In this document: positions 48,180-52,322 of the stretch, one piece after another
How the letters are laid out: the number at the start of each line of letters is the position of its first letter
Position numbering within the stretch: the first letter of the stretch is position 1
Source: a virus
Lineage: Duplodnaviria; Caudoviricetes
Strand: one strand, 5' to 3'
IMG/VR virus record: IMGVR_UViG_3300037277_000027
Location: 1 to 52,322 of that record
Length of the DNA stretch: 52,322 bases
Notes under the pieces: generated by a model
Databases searched by the model: none
Told to the model about the DNA's origin: nothing
Seen by the model: the letters and a program-made list of their open reading frames with translations, nothing else
Made by a program: the position numbers and the translations under genes

Positions 48180-50066
48180 TTAAGAAGAAAATCCGTTCAA
48201 CATATCTAGTTGTGCACTCATCTGGTCAATACTTTTATTTAGCGTTACTGTTGTCTTGCTTTGCCTTTTTAAAGCATTGCTGTCTGTACAATGTACTCTG
48301 CTTTTGCCGAACTCGTCTCTTGCGTTGTAATAACGATTAAGAGCTTGTTTATGAAAGAACTTAGCATTAATGTCCATAATGTCTATAACTTTAGTAACCT
48401 TTTTACCGTGAGACTCTTTCATGAAGTCTGGAATATATCCAAGCAAATCTCCGTAGTCACAGTTTCTAGCACCTCTACCTATTCTTTGAATAAGTGTTAT
48501 ATCACTGTTCCCTGCACCACCAAGAACAACTCCTGAGATTATAGGGATATTTACTCCTGCATCAAAAATAGTTGAGCCTATCATTATTTTAAACTCACCT
48601 TTTCTAAATTCGGTAATTGCACTTTGTCTCATTTTGTCAGGAGTGTCTCCCCAGATAAACCGGATGTCGCCAAGAGGTATTCCGTTGTCTACAAACATTT
48701 CTCGTAGTCTGTGCCCATGATCTATGTGTTGTATGAGTACAAGAACGTGTCTACCTTCATTTAAAAGTTCAATGGTGGGAGTTACTATCATTGTTTGATT
48801 ACGTTCTTCATTCTCGGTTATACAAGCTTTGTACATCTCTTGATAATTAAGATCAGCATCAAAATCATTATAAAGTCGTTGATTATAAGTTTTGTAAAGA
48901 ATTTCTAATTCGCAAAGCCTACCTTTTTCAATTTGTTCCTCAGCAGTTGTCGTAAAAAGTATTGGTCCACTTCCTGCCATTAATTTTATAGTTGCTCCAT
49001 CTGTTCTTCTTGGAGTTGCAGAAAGGAATATCCTATAAGGAGCTTTACATTCGTTGAGTACTTCATCCCAAGTTTCAGTTCCAACTGCTTGTGATTCATC
49101 AACCATTAAAAGTTTACACGTATTTCGGAGCCAATCAAGCAAAAACGGCTTAGTTTTCTCATCTTTTAGCCTTGCTGAGAGCGATTGTATCGTAGCGACC
49201 ACTACAGGGGTGTCTAGAGGCAAGATGTTTTCCGAAGGTAACTTTACATTACCGAACCATCCATCTTTGATTGTAGAGCATCCTGTGAGACCAATTATTC
49301 CAGACTCAAATTCTTTTTTTGCATCATCAAGTAAAGTTTTCTTATTCGCAACAAAAAGAGCAGGAACTCCATGAGCAGCTACTAATCTCTTAGCAAGAAT
49401 TGCTGTTTTGCCAAATCCTGTAGGTGCTTTACAGATTCCTCTTTTTCCTGAGACACATTTTAAAACTGCTTCAACTTGATCTGGATCTGGAATAAGTCCA
49501 TCATCAACGACCCAACTAAATTGAGGTTTTGGATTTGTGTCATACATTTCCATAACTTTGAATTCGATGCCTTTTTGAATAAGAACAGATTTTACTTCAC
49601 TAAGTAAGCCTGTGGGAAATGAACCATCAAATTTATGATATAAATTTATGTACCCATCCCACTTACCTGATTTATATTTTGCTGAATGCAAGGCCCCTTT
49701 GAAAAAATATCGGGTGACTGCTTCAATTTCTTTATAAGGTAATTCTTGTGAACCTTTCTTTAAAAAAGATGTAATAACTCCACACCTTATGTTTGCTGGT
49801 AAGAAACCTGTATCTGTTGGAGCTGTTACTCTGGCTCTCCATTCTTTGAAGGACTTATCTATGTATAACAATTTTTTGACTGGAATTAAAGCGATGTTTA
49901 TCCAGTCAACTTTGTCTTCATGACAATACCAAGAACCTTGCCTATAAAAAACATCCGACCCTGCAAATATTTGCATTAGTTCGGAGTTTTCATCAGAATT
50001 ATCAGGTTTTATTTCGATGTGCTTAAAATCAGTGTAACTTACGCTGATCACTAGTATCCTTACCAC
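48180..50066 (-). CDS. Superfamily 2 DExD/H helicase (UvsW/XPB-like)
   Basis: APTGFGKT, VDESQ, LSATP, FDAGVNIP, QRIGRGAR. Confidence 0.92.
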   Translation of the reverse strand: MVRILVISVSYTDFKHIEIKPDNSDENSELMQIFAGSDVFYRQGSWYCHEDKVDWINIALIPVKKLLYIDKSFKEWRARVTAPTDTGFLPANIRCGVITSFLKKGSQELPYKEIEAVTRYFFKGALHSAKYKSGKWDGYINLYHKFDGSFPTGLLSEVKSVLIQKGIEFKVMEMYDTNPKPQFSWVVDDGLIPDPDQVEAVLKCVSGKRGICKAPTGFGKTAILAKRLVAAHGVPALFVANKKTLLDDAKKEFESGIIGLTGCSTIKDGWFGNVKLPSENILPLDTPVVVATIQSLSARLKDEKTKPFLLDWLRNTCKLLMVDESQAVGTETWDEVLNECKAPYRIFLSATPRRTDGATIKLMAGSGPILFTTTAEEQIEKGRLCELEILYKTYNQRLYNDFDADLNYQEMYKACITENEERNQTMIVTPTIELLNEGRHVLVLIQHIDHGHRLREMFVDNGIPLGDIRFIWGDTPDKMRQSAITEFRKGEFKIMIGSTIFDAGVNIPIISGVVLGGAGNSDITLIQRIGRGARNCDYGDLLGYIPDFMKESHGKKVTKVIDIMDINAKFFHKQALNRYYNARDEFGKSRVHCTDSNALKRQSKTTVTLNKSIDQMSAQLDMLNGFSS

Positions 50067-50196
50067 CCTTCTCTATTTTCTCGCCATTGATTAAGGATTC
50101 ACCGATCTGCTTTAGAACATGACCTGCGGCATTAATTGTTGCAGTTATAACTATCTCTAAAAGTTCTGCTTTAAATTGTTTGCTCAATCTCGCCAT
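50029..50196 (-). CDS. Small hypothetical protein
   Basis: MARLSKQFKAELL...; GGAGG RBS before ATG 50196. Confidence 0.55.
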   Translation of the reverse strand: MARLSKQFKAELLEIVITATINAAGHVLKQIGESLINGEKIEKGGKDTSDQRKLH

Positions 50197-50229
50197 TGTA
50201 TATGACCTCCGCATCTTCTATATATATCT

Positions 50230-50257
50230 ATTGTACACTATATATATAAAAAGTCAA
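50230..50257 (-). promoter_or_regulatory. sigmaA-type promoter for the helicase operon
   Basis: TTGACT-16bp-TACAAT on the minus strand. Confidence 0.6.
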
Positions 50258-50258
50258 G

Positions 50259-50296
50259 TTTAAATATAGAAGAGGGGAAACCCCTCTATATTTAAA
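50259..50296 (-). terminator. Hairpin/terminator
   Basis: TTTAAATATAGA-AG-AGGGG-AAA-CCCCT-CTATATTTAAA, bulged stem. Confidence 0.55.
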
Positions 50297-50561
50297 CGTT
50301 GTCAATGTTTCTAAAATCTATGTCCGATTCCTCTTGCAAATCGTTTTCTTCTGCGACAGTGTGTAATTTCTCATAAACATTTGATGCAGTCCGTTCAAGA
50401 CCTTTCCAAACTACTAAGTAGAACAATGCCTTCATAGCCTTTTCAAGCATTTTGTGACACTCTCTTTTGATTACTTCTTTAAGACTGTCAGGTATCTTCA
50501 ACCTGTTCACTTCCTTTCTCTCGTTGACACGAATAAAGATTCCATAGCGCCTTTGATGCAA
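50292..50561 (-). CDS. Hypothetical protein (true start probably near 50510)
   Basis: GAAAGGAAG precedes VNRLKIPDSLKEV; overlaps the upstream stop codon. Confidence 0.55.
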   Translation of the reverse strand: MHQRRYGIFIRVNERKEVNRLKIPDSLKEVIKRECHKMLEKAMKALFYLVVWKGLERTASNVYEKLHTVAEENDLQEESDIDFRNIDNV

Positions 50562-51109
50562 GCTAAAATCATTTGATACATAAATATTTTTGCTCTTGCT
50601 TGTCCTTTGGTGAGCTTTTTCTTCTTTACTTTTTTACCTTCTCTTTTTGCTAAGTCGCATTCATCGATAGATTGAAGCATAGTCCAATTCGTGACATTCG
50701 CCTTACTTCTATTAGTAACTCTAGCTTTAGCTCTTTCGTCGAGTTTCTTAAATAGAGCTGATGTTGACTCACATGCTTTCTGGTCTAATGTTTCTACTTT
50801 AGTCATGTATGGACTTGTTGGATATGATTGATAAGGTTTGTACGTATTTGATGTATTGTACGTACTTGATGAAGAGCTTGTTGTCGTTGAAGTTGTTGTT
50901 TTTGATGGGATAGATGCTTGTTTCAATCCTTCTCCTGTTACTCCTTGACGTTCCATCGATACGAATACTCTGGCTTCTTCAATCTTCTTTATAGTTTCCG
51001 TGTTATCAATTATCTGCCCTTTAACTTCTTCGAGAGGAATATCTTCGTCCATTTCAGCAAAAGCTCCAGCTCTTATGCTGTCTAGTAAATTATCTGTAAC
51101 TACTGTCAT
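50507..51109 (-). CDS. Hypothetical protein with Ser/Thr linker and basic C-terminus
   Basis: 200-aa ORF, GGAGGG RBS. Confidence 0.65.
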   Translation of the reverse strand: MTVVTDNLLDSIRAGAFAEMDEDIPLEEVKGQIIDNTETIKKIEEARVFVSMERQGVTGEGLKQASIPSKTTTSTTTSSSSSTYNTSNTYKPYQSYPTSPYMTKVETLDQKACESTSALFKKLDERAKARVTNRSKANVTNWTMLQSIDECDLAKREGKKVKKKKLTKGQARAKIFMYQMILACIKGAMESLFVSTRERK

Positions 51110-51904
51110 TTATTTCCCTCCCTCAGGAAGACGTTTGTACCAAGAACTTTTCTTTAAAATCGCTATTTTATCTTGGAACTTCTGGAATGCTAACCTCTTC
51201 TCATCATCATCTCCAGTTATGTCAGTATGCAATTTCTTAGACAACATTCTAAACGCTGCTTTGAAGCTTTGTTTTGTTGATACTTGCAAGTCTGGAAACT
51301 TTCTAAAAATTGCATCTATTCTTTTTTGCTCTTCCTCCCTCATCTTATCCAAGAAACTAAACCTGTTCTTTTTCCCCGTATCACGATTTACTTTTCTTTC
51401 AATGGCATACCTCATCTTTATGCTCATACCTACAAACACTGGCACCTTTAGCTTTGTGAGTTCATTGCCAAACAACGCATCAAAATCTCTTTCCTTAATA
51501 TTATCGATTATGACTCTTTTCTTGAAGTTTCCTGAAGAATCTTTTGACTGAAGTTCTACGAAAGCGGACAAATTATTTTTAGCAAAGATATTCTTTATAA
51601 AGTCCTGCTCTTCTTCATCAAAGAAAAGATACTCAACTTTTTTAGTTATGAAGTATCTTTCTATTCTGGCCCTTAAAAATTTGTCCCTAAAGCTTGAAAC
51701 CTTTTTGTCAAAATTCTTACATGCAAAGACATCATTTTTCTCCATTAATTCCTTTATAGAGAACTGTCTACCAACATCATCCTTGATGTCCTTTATTACT
51801 ATTGCTGATTTGTGTGACAGGAATAGAAGAAGATCATCCTCGTTGTATGGCATAACTCTGGCTAGAGGTATCTTATTAATTCCTTCTGCTAACATCATTA
51901 ACAC
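51110..51904 (-). CDS. Protein with C-terminal DnaJ-like J-domain (HTD variant)
   Basis: FKAAFRMLSKKLHTDITGDDDEKRLAFQKFQDKIAILK matches J-domain helices II-III. Confidence 0.7.
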   Translation of the reverse strand: MLMMLAEGINKIPLARVMPYNEDDLLLFLSHKSAIVIKDIKDDVGRQFSIKELMEKNDVFACKNFDKKVSSFRDKFLRARIERYFITKKVEYLFFDEEEQDFIKNIFAKNNLSAFVELQSKDSSGNFKKRVIIDNIKERDFDALFGNELTKLKVPVFVGMSIKMRYAIERKVNRDTGKKNRFSFLDKMREEEQKRIDAIFRKFPDLQVSTKQSFKAAFRMLSKKLHTDITGDDDEKRLAFQKFQDKIAILKKSSWYKRLPEGGK

Positions 51905-51973
51905 GACTCTTTCCCTCCTTAGTAAATCAAAGAAAATGTATCACGATTTCGTGATACTCTCCTCGTTAGATTT

Positions 51974-52180
51974 TCAATCTCTGTTCTTCCAGATATAGAT
52001 TATTGCCCTTGTAGATTGTACTAAAACTGCCCAAAAGCTTGACCCCATATTTTTTACTGTCATTGTTGCAATTTGTATGAGAAATCCGAAGAACGCCATT
52101 CCAAAAAACGTTGCTATCAACTTCCTAAAGAAAGACCAATTCAAAACTTCTTTAAAAATTCTTTTAACTATGCTCCACAT
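51974..52180 (-). CDS. Small membrane protein
   Basis: LIATFFGMAFFGFLIQIA hydrophobic segment; GGGGGTG RBS. Confidence 0.55.
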   Translation of the reverse strand: MWSIVKRIFKEVLNWSFFRKLIATFFGMAFFGFLIQIATMTVKNMGSSFWAVLVQSTRAIIYIWKNRD

Positions 52181-52221
52181 TTCATTCTCACCCCCATATT
52201 ACTTATACCTAAAAAGTTCAT

Positions 52222-52263
52222 TAAAATAAGCAAGCACAAGGGATTTTGTGCTTGCTTATTTTA
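52222..52263. terminator. 18-bp stem terminator
   Basis: TAAAATAAGCAAGCACAA-GGGATT-TTGTGCTTGCTTATTTTA. Confidence 0.8.
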
Positions 52264-52272
52264 TATGAATTC

Positions 52273-52322
52273 TTATTCAGCAGAGTCAGTGTCGTCTGAT
52301 TCGACTGAATCATCTTCTTCTG
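52273..52322 (-). CDS. 3' end of an acidic-tailed protein (partial)
   Basis: ...EEDDSVESDDTDSAE* ending just before the terminator. Confidence 0.5.
   Translation of the reverse strand, partial: EEDDSVESDDTDSAE

Noticed and set aside
1898-51998. Numerous antisense and out-of-frame ORFs in the track (e.g. 21734-22207, 45764-46183, 51000-51551)
   Set aside because: Shadows of well-supported genes, without RBS or recognisable motifs
1-52322. Stop-codon reassignment
   Set aside because: Long ORFs tile the window under the standard code, and TAA, TAG and TGA all end genes followed by an RBS and a new start

Overview
AT-rich 52-kb segment of a large contractile-tailed (myovirus-type) phage, most likely infecting an S-layer-bearing Firmicute (AGGAGG ribosome-binding sites, SLH-domain endolysin, LL-H-type holin, XkdX-like gene). 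A symmetric, iteron-flanked, AT-cored non-coding element (about 1030-1725, origin-like) separates leftward genes from a long + strand virion module. In order, that module encodes: prohead protease polyprotein, scaffold-like proteins, decoration protein, major capsid, neck, sheath, tube, a -1 frameshifted tail chaperone, tape measure with lytic transglycosylase domains, baseplate genes (with a divergent sigma-70-like gene embedded among them), LamG, BNR-propeller and glycine-rich receptor-binding proteins, a dCMP deaminase and lysis genes. A convergent - strand block follows (SF2 helicase, J-domain protein with HTD in place of HPD, small genes). No terminase, portal, integrase, tRNA or CRISPR array was recognised. 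Best leads: (1) the origin-like element; (2) a recurrent K-x-A motif in head proteins that also starts the sigma-like protein, suggesting a virion-packaged sigma factor; (3) Russian-doll nested LamG domains; (4) a fibre C-terminal domain split across two genes by a 2.6-kb insert bounded by ACAACA. All family assignments come from reading motifs by eye; no searches were run.
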